A stretch of DNA of 64,000 nt from Candidatus Saccharimonadales bacterium. Lineage in GTDB: Bacteria; Patescibacteriota; Saccharimonadia; Saccharimonadales; JANWIN01. The stretch lies in contig JANWIN010000012.1 of NCBI GenBank assembly GCA_025449905.1, positions 45,318 through 109,317 of the forward strand. Direction: 5' to 3'. Positions 8,597 to 17,912 of the stretch are shown here, one piece after another (position 1 is the stretch's first letter; each line of letters begins with the position of its first letter). Position numbers and translations under genes: made by a program. Below the pieces are notes generated by a model. The model was not told the DNA's origin, searched no databases, and was given only the letters and a program-made list of their open reading frames with translations.

Positions 8597-9691
8597 CTAA
8601 CTAAGTAATTTTAGACATTCTCTAACGACTTGTTCTTCGACTTCAAAAGCCACTTGACCTTTTTCTTGTCTGACTTTGCCAATTGACAGAGGCATTACAA
8701 AATATAACTTGCCGGCCTTTGACTTCTTGTCCCGGCGCATATACTCAATCAACTCATCCGTTTTAAAGCTCTGTTTAACATGGATATCCAACTCTTTTAT
8801 CAAATTGTTTTGCCTGGCCAAGTCTTTACTATTAAAAAAGCCCAATTTATTAGCAATGTGGCCTTCGCAGGCCATACCCAAAGCTACAGCTTGGCCGTGG
8901 TTTAGGTTATGGCCGCTAGCTATTTCCAGCGCATGGCCAACAGTGTGGCCATAATTCAAAATTTTCCTAAATTCTAGTTCGTTGGGATCTTTTTCGGTTA
9001 TTTTGGCTTTAGCAATCGCTGATTTTTCCACCAAATGCTTAGTCTCTTTCATTGACAACTTACTGATATGTTTTTCAAGGTAATTAAATAGTTTAGCGTC
9101 CCATACAACGCCGTGTTTAATAACCTCGGCCAATCCGCTGGATAGCTCCTCGTCCGGTAATGATTTTAATATGCCAATGTCAGCAATAACTGCTTTTGGA
9201 AAATACGTACTACCAATTAAGTTTTTACCTTCAGGGATATTTAGGGCAGTTTTGCCGCCGTGAGCGCTGTCGGCTTGAGCCAGCAGGGTAGTTGGTAGCT
9301 GCACATAAGATACTCCGCGCTTGTAAACGCTGGCTACAAAACCGGCTAAGTCGCCAATAACTCCACCACCCAATGCTATTACTAGTGCATATCGATCTAG
9401 ATTATTAGCGGCCATAAAGCGTAAAATTTTTTCGGCTTTAGTCATAGTCTTGGAGGATTCCCCGGGCGGCACAACGACTTCATGCAATGGCGCAGTTCGA
9501 AGGGAAGGATTAGAAGCCAAATGGCTAGCCACTTTTTTACGCACCGTCTGGTCGCAGACAATGACATAGGCACTAGCCCCAAATTCATTAAAATCAAAAC
9601 TCTCTAGCAGTCCTTCGCCTACGTAAACCGGATAAAACTTGGTCTTAATCTTCCCCACTGTATAAGTATTATAAGCTATTTGCCTAGTCAA
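8597..9691 (-). CDS. aroB: 3-dehydroquinate synthase family (sugar-phosphate cyclase)
   Basis: GGGVIGDLAGFVAS, LPTTLLAQADSAHGGKTA, NYGHTVGHALE, HGQAVALGM. Confidence 0.75.
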   Translation of the reverse strand: MTRQIAYNTYTVGKIKTKFYPVYVGEGLLESFDFNEFGASAYVIVCDQTVRKKVASHLASNPSLRTAPLHEVVVPPGESSKTMTKAEKILRFMAANNLDRYALVIALGGGVIGDLAGFVASVYKRGVSYVQLPTTLLAQADSAHGGKTALNIPEGKNLIGSTYFPKAVIADIGILKSLPDEELSSGLAEVIKHGVVWDAKLFNYLEKHISKLSMKETKHLVEKSAIAKAKITEKDPNELEFRKILNYGHTVGHALEIASGHNLNHGQAVALGMACEGHIANKLGFFNSKDLARQNNLIKELDIHVKQSFKTDELIEYMRRDKKSKAGKLYFVMPLSIGKVRQEKGQVAFEVEEQVVRECLKLLS

Positions 9692-9853
9692 TCTGCTATA
9701 CTTACCCCTGTTGCGAGTTATCTTAAGCCAATTTTATAAACCAAGCATCGCTATTTATAAAATTGAGAGGAGACGGCTTGGTTAGTTTGGCAATAGCGTT
9801 CAGCAAACTCGTTTTTTGGACGCTCAGGCAAACTAACCATCACACGTCGACGA

Positions 9854-9929
9854 GGGGCGGTAGCTCAGTGGTTAGAGCAGTCGGCTCATAACCGATTGGT
9901 CGCAGGTTCAAATCCTGCCCGCCCCACCA
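9854..9929 (+). tRNA. tRNA with CAU anticodon (elongator Met or lysidine-type Ile2; looks Ile2-like)
   Basis: Cloverleaf: acceptor ggggcgg/ccgcccc, anticodon loop cuCAUaa, T-loop ttcaaat, encoded CCA. Confidence 0.85.
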
Positions 9930-9951
9930 ATGCTTGATATAATGTAAATAG

Positions 9952-10395
9952 ATGTTCACAAAAACAAAAAACATTATAAAAAGTCCTTTTTGGCAGCAGT
10001 TTCGCGATACGCGGGCTATTGGCCTAGCGGCCTTTGCCGTTATTGCCGTACTAGTTACCTGGAGTGCTGGCAAAGCGGTGCAGAAAAATTATACTCTGCA
10101 AAAACAAATTTCGACGCTAAAACAACAAAACGACGTTAAAAAATTAGAAAACGAGAACTTGCGGCTTTCCAATCAGTACTATGAAACAGATAGGTTTTTA
10201 GAATTGGCCGCTCGGCGTCATTTTGGCAAGGCCGCACCCGGGGAAACGGTTGTATTTGTGCCAAAAAGTGTGGCTTTGGCTAACTCCACCAATATACCCA
10301 GTAGTATCCAAGCCCAAAAAATTATTAAACAAGCCGATAAACCTGCCTACCAGCGCAATTTTCAAAAATGGATAGATTTCTTCCTGCATCGTTAA
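9952..10395 (+). CDS. septum formation initiator family protein (FtsB/DivIC-like)
   Basis: N-terminal TM then coiled coil LQKQISTLKQQNDVKKLENENLRL and RHFGKAAPGETVV. Confidence 0.7.
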   Translation: MFTKTKNIIKSPFWQQFRDTRAIGLAAFAVIAVLVTWSAGKAVQKNYTLQKQISTLKQQNDVKKLENENLRLSNQYYETDRFLELAARRHFGKAAPGETVVFVPKSVALANSTNIPSSIQAQKIIKQADKPAYQRNFQKWIDFFLHR

Positions 10396-10420
10396 ACGAA
10401 GCGTAGTATCATATTAGTTT

Positions 10421-11911
10421 ATGTTTAAGAAACTTGACGCTTTTATTAGCGGCCGTAGATTTTTTATTCTGATATTGACCCTCTTTATTTTTTCGGCCAG
10501 CTGGATTACCCTAAGCGGCCGCTATCCTATGCCGTTTGATGAACAGACTCACGTTGGCACCATTCAATATTATGCTGACCATCCCAACCCGTTTGCTAAC
10601 ACTCAACCACCCGAAACCTATCAGTACGGCCTGATAGCTCACGATCCTTCATATTTGTATCACTATCTACTTAGTTTTCCATGGCGATTAATTACGGCGC
10701 TGACTAGTAATTTCATGACGCAGGTAATAGTGCTAAGAGCAATTAATATTGCCCTTTTTGCTTTTGCCATTGTTTTGTTTAGAAAAGTTTTAAGACGCGC
10801 CAAATTATCTGAAAGGATTACAAATATAAGTATATTTCTTTTTGTATTGACGCCACTGGTTCCGCAGGTCGCTGCTCAAATAAATTATGACAATGTATTT
10901 ATTCTAATATTGGCGGCCTGTTTACTTTTAACTCAAGTCGTAACCCAAAAGCTTAAAAGCTCAAGCTGGGACATCACCAGACTTGGATTATTATCTGGCT
11001 TAGTTTTGCTGGGTACTTTGTTCAAGTTTACTTTTTTACCTATGGCTGCGGCCATATTTGGCTACCTAGCTTGGCAAATTATAAAAACTAAAAAAAAGAA
11101 TAATAAATTATTTGCTAGTTTTAAACCCCAACTGGCCAAAATGCCAAAACTTAAACTCTGGGCGTTAATTATTTTTGTACTTTTGAGTCTCGGGCTTTTT
11201 GTGCAACGTTACGGCTATAATATAGTCCGATATAGTTCTCTAAACCCAGCTTGTCGGCAAGTAATAAGTGAAGAAGCTTGTTTAAAAAATACGGTCATTC
11301 AGCGCAATCATGATTTTTTGGCAGACAAACCGACAACTTTTAAACTTAACCCTTTCGAATATTTACTGTATTGGTTTAACCATATGGGTTTTAATTTGAT
11401 GTTTGCGTTAAACGGACCTTACAGTGCTTATTTCATTGGCCGCCCGCTGGTATTTCCTGAGCTAACGGCGATTGTATTTGGCACCGCGGGTTTAGTTTTG
11501 AGTGTCTATTTTTGGCGCAAAATCTGGGCCAACTCCGCACTTCGCTTTTTAATATTAATTATTTTTGCCTATGGGCTTAGTTTGCTAGTTAATAATTATT
11601 TAAACTTCTTAAAGTATGACTTTCCGGTTGCTGTTCAGGGACGATATTTAATCCCGATTTTAATACCAGTTTATGCGATTTTTGCCCTGGCCTTTAAAAA
11701 TCTATTTAAAAGTAAGGTGCAAATCGGCAAACTGGCCATGTGGGTGGCTCTGCTTGGTTTTATCTACGGGGGCGGAGTATTTACCTATATTGTGCGCAGT
11801 GACGAGGGTTGGTATTGGCAAAAGCCGTATGTTAATAAAATAAACAAGGATCCGCAAAAAATACTTAGAACATTAATAATTTACGACGACGATAACAGAC
11901 CGAAATTATAA
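10421..11911 (+). CDS. polytopic membrane protein, possibly GT-C type glycosyltransferase
   Basis: 496 aa, more than 10 hydrophobic segments; family assignment loose. Confidence 0.55.
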   Translation: MFKKLDAFISGRRFFILILTLFIFSASWITLSGRYPMPFDEQTHVGTIQYYADHPNPFANTQPPETYQYGLIAHDPSYLYHYLLSFPWRLITALTSNFMTQVIVLRAINIALFAFAIVLFRKVLRRAKLSERITNISIFLFVLTPLVPQVAAQINYDNVFILILAACLLLTQVVTQKLKSSSWDITRLGLLSGLVLLGTLFKFTFLPMAAAIFGYLAWQIIKTKKKNNKLFASFKPQLAKMPKLKLWALIIFVLLSLGLFVQRYGYNIVRYSSLNPACRQVISEEACLKNTVIQRNHDFLADKPTTFKLNPFEYLLYWFNHMGFNLMFALNGPYSAYFIGRPLVFPELTAIVFGTAGLVLSVYFWRKIWANSALRFLILIIFAYGLSLLVNNYLNFLKYDFPVAVQGRYLIPILIPVYAIFALAFKNLFKSKVQIGKLAMWVALLGFIYGGGVFTYIVRSDEGWYWQKPYVNKINKDPQKILRTLIIYDDDNRPKL

Positions 11912-12079
11912 CTTGGTAGCCTGGTACATTCAAATTGTAATAATATATCCCAGTAGCTAACGAGATGCTTAGAGTTGTTCAAAGAAGCACTACTATTGAG
12001 CATCTACCAGCCAGTATAAAATATGTAAATTAAAATACTTGTGCTTGCTTGTCAATTAGCACCTTTATAAAGTAATAGC

Positions 12080-13219
12080 ATGTCTAAAGAAACGCCACAT
12101 TTTACAGAATGGTATATTCCTGGGCCAGTTGATGTACGTCAAGAAGCGCTTGATGTTATGCCCTCTCAGCCGTACGGCCATAGGTCGGATGAAATAAAGC
12201 CTTACATCGAGGATATCAGAAGTGATTTATTTAAATTAGTGAAAGCTGATGAAAAAACACACAGCATGGTTCTTACTGGCGGTTCTGGCACTAATGCTTT
12301 GGAAATTGCAGCTCGTAGCTGGTCACATCCAACTGATCACGAGCCAAAAGTACTTACCACCTCTATTGGTTATTTTGGAGACTTATGGGCAGATATTTTC
12401 GAAGGTTGCGAAACCCCAGTTGTGCGGTTAAGAGTTGATGAGGGAAAAATTATTGATGAAGAAAACTTGAGTACTGGAATTCAAAGTGGTCTTTATGAAA
12501 TAGTAACTGTTACTCACAACGATACTTCTACAGGGACAGTTAATCATTTGGAAAAACTTGCTCCAATAGTAAAAGGCGCTGGGGCACTTCTTTTTGTTGA
12601 CGCAGTTAGCTCTGTTGGTGGTATGGAAATTGACGTTAGTAATTGGTGTATTGATTATTTAGTTACCGCTCCACAGAAAGGTCTTGGCGTTCCACCAGGA
12701 TTATCACTTGCAGTTGTTAGTAATGAAGCTTTAGCAAAAGTTACCTCCAAAAACAGAGGTTTTACTACTGATGTATTACAGCAAGTTGAGGCAAATAATG
12801 ATAATTTGACTTTAACAACTCCTCCAGAAGCACAGATTGGAGCACTAGCCCTTCAACTAATACATATAGTTTACGCCGAAGGCATAGAAAGCCGTTATGC
12901 CAGACATACCCAAATGGCAGAACGAACAAGAGACTGGGCTAACAGTGAAGGTTTTGAATTATTACCTGAACTTGCAAATGCATCTGATACGGTTAGTTGT
13001 TTTGTGAATACCCGAGAAGTGGATTTATTAGAACTGCGCAAACAATTGTGGAACAACAGGCCAGTACAATATGGTTTTGATTCTGGGCATCCTAAATTAG
13101 GTAAAGTTCGCAAACAGGCCGGCTTACCTGAAACATTTCGCATTCCGCATATGGGTGACCGTAGACCCGAACAATTAGAAAAATACCTAGAAGTGGTTTC
13201 TTCATATCTACCTGAATAA
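12080..13219 (+). CDS. class V (PLP-dependent) aminotransferase
   Basis: Fold-type I pattern, DAVSSVGG, PLP-lysine context TAPQKGLG. Confidence 0.8.
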   Translation: MSKETPHFTEWYIPGPVDVRQEALDVMPSQPYGHRSDEIKPYIEDIRSDLFKLVKADEKTHSMVLTGGSGTNALEIAARSWSHPTDHEPKVLTTSIGYFGDLWADIFEGCETPVVRLRVDEGKIIDEENLSTGIQSGLYEIVTVTHNDTSTGTVNHLEKLAPIVKGAGALLFVDAVSSVGGMEIDVSNWCIDYLVTAPQKGLGVPPGLSLAVVSNEALAKVTSKNRGFTTDVLQQVEANNDNLTLTTPPEAQIGALALQLIHIVYAEGIESRYARHTQMAERTRDWANSEGFELLPELANASDTVSCFVNTREVDLLELRKQLWNNRPVQYGFDSGHPKLGKVRKQAGLPETFRIPHMGDRRPEQLEKYLEVVSSYLPE

Positions 13220-13252
13220 AAAGACCTCAATTGCCAGAGGTCAAAATACTTA

Positions 13253-13327
13253 TGGTAGCGGGGGCCGGACTCGAACCGGCGACCTCATGGTTATGAGCCA
13301 TGCGAGCTGCCGCTGCTCCACCCCGCG
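13253..13327 (-). tRNA. initiator tRNA-fMet (CAU)
   Basis: 5' cgcgggg with C1 opposite A72 (unpaired first position), anticodon loop cuCAUaa, encoded CCA. Confidence 0.85.
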
Positions 13328-13373
13328 TTGATACGCAATACAAACAAAGAGATTCCCGGATTGCGTTAGTGTT

Positions 13374-13402
13374 AGGTTATCAAACAGGGGTAAAATTGTC
13401 AA
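13374..13402 (-). promoter_or_regulatory. candidate promoter of tRNA-fMet
   Basis: On minus strand TTGACA (13402-13397), 17 nt, TAACCT (13379-13374). Confidence 0.35.
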
Positions 13403-13416
13403 TTATCCACAGAAAT

Positions 13417-13444
13417 TAAAAACTCCCCAATTGGGGAGTTTTTC
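13417..13444. terminator. bidirectional intrinsic terminator
   Basis: aaaaactcccc-aatt-ggggagttttt perfect hairpin with A/T runs both sides, downstream of RRM gene. Confidence 0.65.
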
Positions 13445-13460
13445 TTTAGCTAGTTGAAAT

Positions 13461-13757
13461 TTACCAGCTGTTTTGGCGATCACCGCCACTGAAATCTCGA
13501 CGCGGGCGCTCTTCGCGCGGTCGAGCTTCGTTGACAGTAATACTGCGTCCACCAACGTCTGTGCCGTTTAAAGCCTTTTCAGCTGCTTTACCTTCGTCAT
13601 CATTTTCGAATTCGACAAAGCCAAAGCCTTTGCTGCGGCCAGTTTCACGGTCAGTAATGACCTTGGCGGATGTAACCGTACCATGAGCTGAAAATAATTC
13701 TTTTAGCTCATCGTCAGTTGTAGCGAACGGTAGTCCGCCGACAAATAATTTGTACAT
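13461..13757 (-). CDS. RRM-type RNA-binding protein
   Basis: RNP-2 LFVGGL and RNP-1 KGFGFVEF; R/G-rich tail. Confidence 0.9.
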   Translation of the reverse strand: MYKLFVGGLPFATTDDELKELFSAHGTVTSAKVITDRETGRSKGFGFVEFENDDEGKAAEKALNGTDVGGRSITVNEARPREERPRRDFSGGDRQNSW

Positions 13758-13921
13758 TCATTTACTCCTTAAAGTTAAGCCAGGTACGACCTCTTCTATT
13801 TCTTGAACTCGAACTTACCTGGTTGAACCAAAGGAACAGTTTCGATCAGATACAAGAACAGTAAAGAACCTTGCAAAGGCAATTAAAACACACAAATTAA
13901 AAAAAACCTAATAAAAGAGGG

Positions 13922-13949
13922 TTGACAAAATAGCAAATGTGTGTATAAT
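13922..13949 (+). promoter_or_regulatory. strong sigma70-type promoter
   Basis: TTGACA 13922-13927, 16 nt, TATAAT 13944-13949. Confidence 0.55.
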
Positions 13950-14006
13950 TAGTTATGTAAGTTTTTAATAAAAAACTAAACAAATTAAATCATAAAGGAG
14001 CCAATC

Positions 14007-14102
14007 GTGGCAGATCTATTATCTAGTGGTTTGGAATTCGAACTCTTGCCGAGCTCGAACTCACAAATTGCTGAAGTCGACGCACTGTTAGCGGAGCTAT
14101 AA
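14007..14102 (+). CDS. candidate small protein (31 aa, acidic) not in ORF track
   Basis: AAAGGAG RBS 6 nt before GTG 14007; MADLLSSGLEFELLPSSNSQIAEVDALLAEL*; consensus promoter upstream. Confidence 0.4.
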   Translation: MADLLSSGLEFELLPSSNSQIAEVDALLAEL

Positions 14103-14106
14103 AATA

Positions 14107-14183
14107 TGGTAGCAGCGGCAGGGATCGAACCTGCGACCTCAGGCTTATGAGTCCTGCGCTCTAACCAACTGAGCTACGCTGCC
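14107..14183 (-). tRNA. tRNA-Met (CAU), elongator-like
   Basis: Acceptor ggcagcg/cgctgct (G1-U72), anticodon loop cuCAUaa, T-loop ttcgatc, encoded CCA. Confidence 0.85.
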
Positions 14184-14273
14184 TCGTAGACGCAAGCTCT
14201 TTAGCTTGCCAGCCGACGAGCACAAAACAAATTTCTGCTCTCGACAGGCTAAGCCAATCACTGCGTCTCCTCT

Positions 14274-14310
14274 AAAAATTCTAAACAGCTATGCTTGGTT
14301 TAGAATTTTT
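14274..14310. terminator. bidirectional terminator hairpin
   Basis: aaaaattctaaac / gtttagaattttt perfect 13-bp stem, 11-nt loop. Confidence 0.55.
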
Positions 14311-14366
14311 TATAAAAACGCCAAAGAACAGGGGTAAATATAACACGTTTTACCTCCACTCACAAT

Positions 14367-14394
14367 TTGACAAGCATAAGCAACGGACTATAAT
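14367..14394 (+). promoter_or_regulatory. promoter upstream of 14482 CDS
   Basis: TTGACA 14367-14372, 16 nt, TATAAT 14389-14394. Confidence 0.5.
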
Positions 14395-14481
14395 AAAAAT
14401 TGGTATGACCACTGCAAACAAAGCAGTCAAATAAACAAGCGGCCTCATAGGTCGTTTTTTTAATAAAAAGGGGGAAACAAA

Positions 14482-14856
14482 ATGGGAGCTGAATTATCTA
14501 AGCCGTTAGGTTTTATGAGTAGTGATGAAATCATGGCACAGCAGAATGTAATAGAAAAAAATATGCCGATATTGGGACTTACTAAGACTCAATCGACGGA
14601 AACTCAGCCAGAAGAAATTATGAGTCCGGAAGATATTGAGCACAGAAGAATCAGATTAGTAGAGCTAGCTGGAGGCGAAAAAATGTTGCCAGAGACACTT
14701 GAACAAGGTCGAGCAGACGAAAGAAAAGGAAATGATACAAGTTTTGCCGCACTTATATCTCGCGAATGGGACAAACTACCACAGACGGAAATTCCTATAG
14801 AATCATCTGTAGCGGAAAAAGGTTATGTAGCTCTAGTTGGTGCGATTGCAAGCTAA
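14482..14856 (+). CDS. hypothetical protein
   Basis: 124 aa ORF with GGGGGA RBS; no recognisable domain. Confidence 0.55.
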   Translation: MGAELSKPLGFMSSDEIMAQQNVIEKNMPILGLTKTQSTETQPEEIMSPEDIEHRRIRLVELAGGEKMLPETLEQGRADERKGNDTSFAALISREWDKLPQTEIPIESSVAEKGYVALVGAIAS

Positions 14857-14917
14857 AGCCCATAATTATTTCAACTTTTGATACAAACACAATCTTTTTA
14901 ACTGCTAATATTAATTT

Positions 14918-15802
14918 ATGAATATTAAGGTCGAGCCGGGCAAATACGTTGCCGCTGTTTCGGGCGGCGTTGATTCGATGGTGCTATTGAATCTGATGGC
15001 CCGCCAACCACGTGTTAAGTTAACAGTTGCTCATTTTGACCATGGCATTAGAGACAACTCCAAAGACGACCGCCTATTCGTTCAAGAAGCTGCTAAACAA
15101 CTCAAACTGCCCTTTATTTACTCCGAAGGCAAACTTGGTAAAGCTGCCAGCGAAGCCAAAGCTCGTCAAGCTCGCTATAAATTTTTGCAAAGCGTGCGCA
15201 AGTCTGCCGGGGCTAATGCTGTTGCCACCGCCCATCATCAAAATGATGCCATTGAAACAGCTCTTATTAATTTGCTACGTGGTAGCGGCCGAAAAGGCTT
15301 ATCGCCACTAAAAAATCAGGATTATATTATTCGCCCGATGCTTAGCTGGCCAAAGCATATAATTATCAACTACGCTTGTACTAAAAATATTCCGTGGCGT
15401 GAAGACCCGACCAATCAAGACACCAAATACCTGCGCAACCACGTTAGGCATAATATCTTGGCCAACTTAAACACCAGCCAAAAACTTGAGTTAATAAAGC
15501 ACTTAGAAAAACTGGGTGTACTTAATGATGAAATTGATGCTGCTTTAGTAAATCAACTGCATTTGCAACCAGCCGCTAAAGAACTCGACCGCCAATGGTT
15601 TATTATGCTGCCGCATCAGCAAGCAGTTGAACTGATGGCTATGTGGCTTAGGTGTCATGACATTGCCAGTTTTGACACCAAGCTACTTGAAAAATTGGTA
15701 ACTAATGCTAAAACTCTAAAAACAGGTAAAAAGTTTGACGTTAATAAAGCACATCAAATTAAAATCGAGAAAACTAATTTGGCACTCACTCGTCGGAACT
15801 GA
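14918..15802 (+). CDS. tilS: tRNA(Ile)-lysidine synthase
   Basis: PP-loop SGGVDSMVLL, HFDHGIR, family-typical N-type ATP pyrophosphatase layout. Confidence 0.85.
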   Translation: MNIKVEPGKYVAAVSGGVDSMVLLNLMARQPRVKLTVAHFDHGIRDNSKDDRLFVQEAAKQLKLPFIYSEGKLGKAASEAKARQARYKFLQSVRKSAGANAVATAHHQNDAIETALINLLRGSGRKGLSPLKNQDYIIRPMLSWPKHIIINYACTKNIPWREDPTNQDTKYLRNHVRHNILANLNTSQKLELIKHLEKLGVLNDEIDAALVNQLHLQPAAKELDRQWFIMLPHQQAVELMAMWLRCHDIASFDTKLLEKLVTNAKTLKTGKKFDVNKAHQIKIEKTNLALTRRN

Positions 15803-15864
15803 TGGTCGGCTTACACAAAATAACTATCTTATTTTGTTCCACCCTCAAATCATTTCCTCCTTTC

Positions 15865-15914
15865 AATTTCGCAAACAGTCGAATCGGCAAAGCCACTCCT
15901 TGGTTTGCGAAATT
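15865..15914 (+). other. perfect 12-bp stem hairpin between tilS and ftsH
   Basis: aatttcgcaaac (15865-15876) / gtttgcgaaatt (15903-15914). Confidence 0.4.
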
Positions 15915-15977
15915 GGCACTCTAAGACACTGAGCGCTAGATTTTTATTTAGGCGGTCTGTATAATACAATTTCACTG

Positions 15978-17852
15978 ATGGATAAAAAACCGTTTAGAAC
16001 CAACCCAGCCGGTAAGGCACCTAACCGCCGTGGTCTTAAAAACATTGGCTTTTTAGTAATTCTAGCTTTGATTGGCTTGATAATCTTTGCCAGCTACTCC
16101 AAGCCCAGCAATCTTAAAGAAGTAGCGCTGTCTGATGTTGTCCAGCAAGCTAACGACGGCGAAGTTAAGAAAATAACCATTAAGGGCAATGATATAGAAG
16201 TAACCAAAAAGGGCGAAGACAAACCCACCCAAAAATCGCACAAAGAAGCCGGCTCAAGTATTTACGAACAAGGCTTAAATAAAAATATCGAGGGACTGGA
16301 AGTTAACCCCCAGCAGGAATCGAGCTCCGGCTCGACCTGGGCCAACATTGGCATCTCGATTTTGCCGGTCATTATAATTAGCGCCGTTTTATTCTTTATG
16401 CTGCGTAGCGCGCAGGGACAAGGCAATCAAGCGTTGAGTTTTGGTAAGAGTCGCGCCCGTCTATATGGCAATGAAAAAGAAAAGGTCACATTTTCTAGTG
16501 TGGCTGGCAGTGATGAGGCTAAACAAGACCTGCAGGAAGTCGTCGAGTTTTTGAAGTATCCTAAAAAGTTTGAATCGGTCGGCGCCAAAATTCCTAAAGG
16601 TGTTTTAATTGTTGGCCCACCGGGCACTGGAAAGACTATGCTGGCCCGCGCCGTAGCCGGCGAAGCCAACGCGCCGTTTTTTAGCATTTCTGGTTCAGAG
16701 TTTGTTGAAATGTTTGTTGGTGTCGGCGCCAGCCGTGTCCGCGACCTGTTCGCTAAGGCTAAGAAAAATTCGCCCTGCATTATCTTTATAGATGAAATTG
16801 ATGCCGTCGGCCGCCGTCGTGGTTCGGGTATGGGGGGTGGACATGACGAACGCGAGCAAACCCTAAACCAGATTTTGGTAGAAATGGATGGTTTTGAACA
16901 AGGCCAAAATGTTATTGTCCTGGCTGCGACCAACCGCTCTGATGTACTGGATCCAGCCCTGCTTCGCCCCGGACGTTTTGACCGCAAGGTTAATATTGAT
17001 TTGCCAGACCGTAAAGACCGTGAAGCTATTTTAAAAACTCATTTTGAGAAAAAACCGCTGACTAAAGACGTAGACTTAGATGCCTTAGCCGCTAAAAGCG
17101 CCGGCTCTTCTGGTGCAGACCTAGCTAATATTGCTAACGAGTCGGCAATTGTTGCCGCTCGCAACAATCGACGCGAAATCCGCTCAACTGATGTAACTGA
17201 AGCCTTTGAAAAAGTCGCCATTGGTCCGGAGCGCAAGAGTAAAATCATGACTGATAAGGAAAAAGAACTAACTGCCTACCATGAAGCCGGTCACGCTATC
17301 GTCGGTCATATTTTGCCGGACAGCGACATGGTTCATAAAGTTACAATTATCCCCCGCGGCGGTACCGGTGGGGTAACGTGGTTCATCCCGCCGGACGATA
17401 AAAGCTACCATTCAATTATTGAGTTTAAAGACGTTTTAGCTCGCATGCTTGGTGGTCGAGTAGCCGAAGAAGTAGTCTATGGCAATGATCGTATTACCAC
17501 CGGTGGTGGCAACGACTTGCAGAAGGCCGCCGAACTAGCCCGCGATATGGTGGTTAATCAGGGTATGGGTAAAAAACTGCGCGACCAAGTTTTTCATGTC
17601 GATGAGGGTATGATGATTGAAAAGCTAGTTCACGAGCGTAACTACTCAGACGATACTGCTAAAGTTATTGATGGTGAGGTTGAGAGCTTAATTTCTGAAG
17701 CTGCCACCCGCGCCCGTCTGGTTATTAAGGCCAATCGTCAAAAATTAGAAATTCTAAAAGCTAAGCTACTGGAAAAAGAAACGGTAGAGGCCAACGAAGT
17801 CCTGGAGATCTTGAAGGGCAGCGTTATGCCCAAAACAGCCGCCTTATACTAA
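15978..17852 (+). CDS. ftsH: ATP-dependent zinc metalloprotease FtsH
   Basis: Walker [12 protein letters not shown] region, HEAGH zinc site, N-terminal TM pair. Confidence 0.95.
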   Translation: MDKKPFRTNPAGKAPNRRGLKNIGFLVILALIGLIIFASYSKPSNLKEVALSDVVQQANDGEVKKITIKGNDIEVTKKGEDKPTQKSHKEAGSSIYEQGLNKNIEGLEVNPQQESSSGSTWANIGISILPVIIISAVLFFMLRSAQGQGNQALSFGKSRARLYGNEKEKVTFSSVAGSDEAKQDLQEVVEFLKYPKKFESVGAKIPKGVLIVGPPGTGKTMLARAVAGEANAPFFSISGSEFVEMFVGVGASRVRDLFAKAKKNSPCIIFIDEIDAVGRRRGSGMGGGHDEREQTLNQILVEMDGFEQGQNVIVLAATNRSDVLDPALLRPGRFDRKVNIDLPDRKDREAILKTHFEKKPLTKDVDLDALAAKSAGSSGADLANIANESAIVAARNNRREIRSTDVTEAFEKVAIGPERKSKIMTDKEKELTAYHEAGHAIVGHILPDSDMVHKVTIIPRGGTGGVTWFIPPDDKSYHSIIEFKDVLARMLGGRVAEEVVYGNDRITTGGGNDLQKAAELARDMVVNQGMGKKLRDQVFHVDEGMMIEKLVHERNYSDDTAKVIDGEVESLISEAATRARLVIKANRQKLEILKAKLLEKETVEANEVLEILKGSVMPKTAALY

Positions 17853-17912
17853 AACTAAGCATTTACTTTTTACTAGGTGTTAAGCGCCCCAGTAATTTAT
17901 AATTACAGCTAA

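Noticed and set aside
9840-10073. ORFs overlapping tRNA genes (9840-10073, 32042-32353, 56526-56750)
   Set aside because: Their reading frames run through tRNA sequences on the opposite strand and through the start regions of neighbouring genes. They are not credible.
13223-13242. gacctc-N8-gaggtc hairpin after the aminotransferase gene as a terminator
   Set aside because: It has only a 6-bp stem and no following T-run on the plus strand. The evidence is too weak to call.
16427-16987. 186-aa minus-strand ORF inside ftsH. Similar long antisense or nested ORFs occur at 24676-25227 (dnaK), 26895-27353 (dnaJ), 59775-60266 (murA), 18887-19294 (murJ) and 55822-56133 (ATPase).
   Set aside because: Each lies entirely within a confidently identified conserved gene. 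They have R/S/P-rich composition and no RBS. They are typical shadow ORFs.
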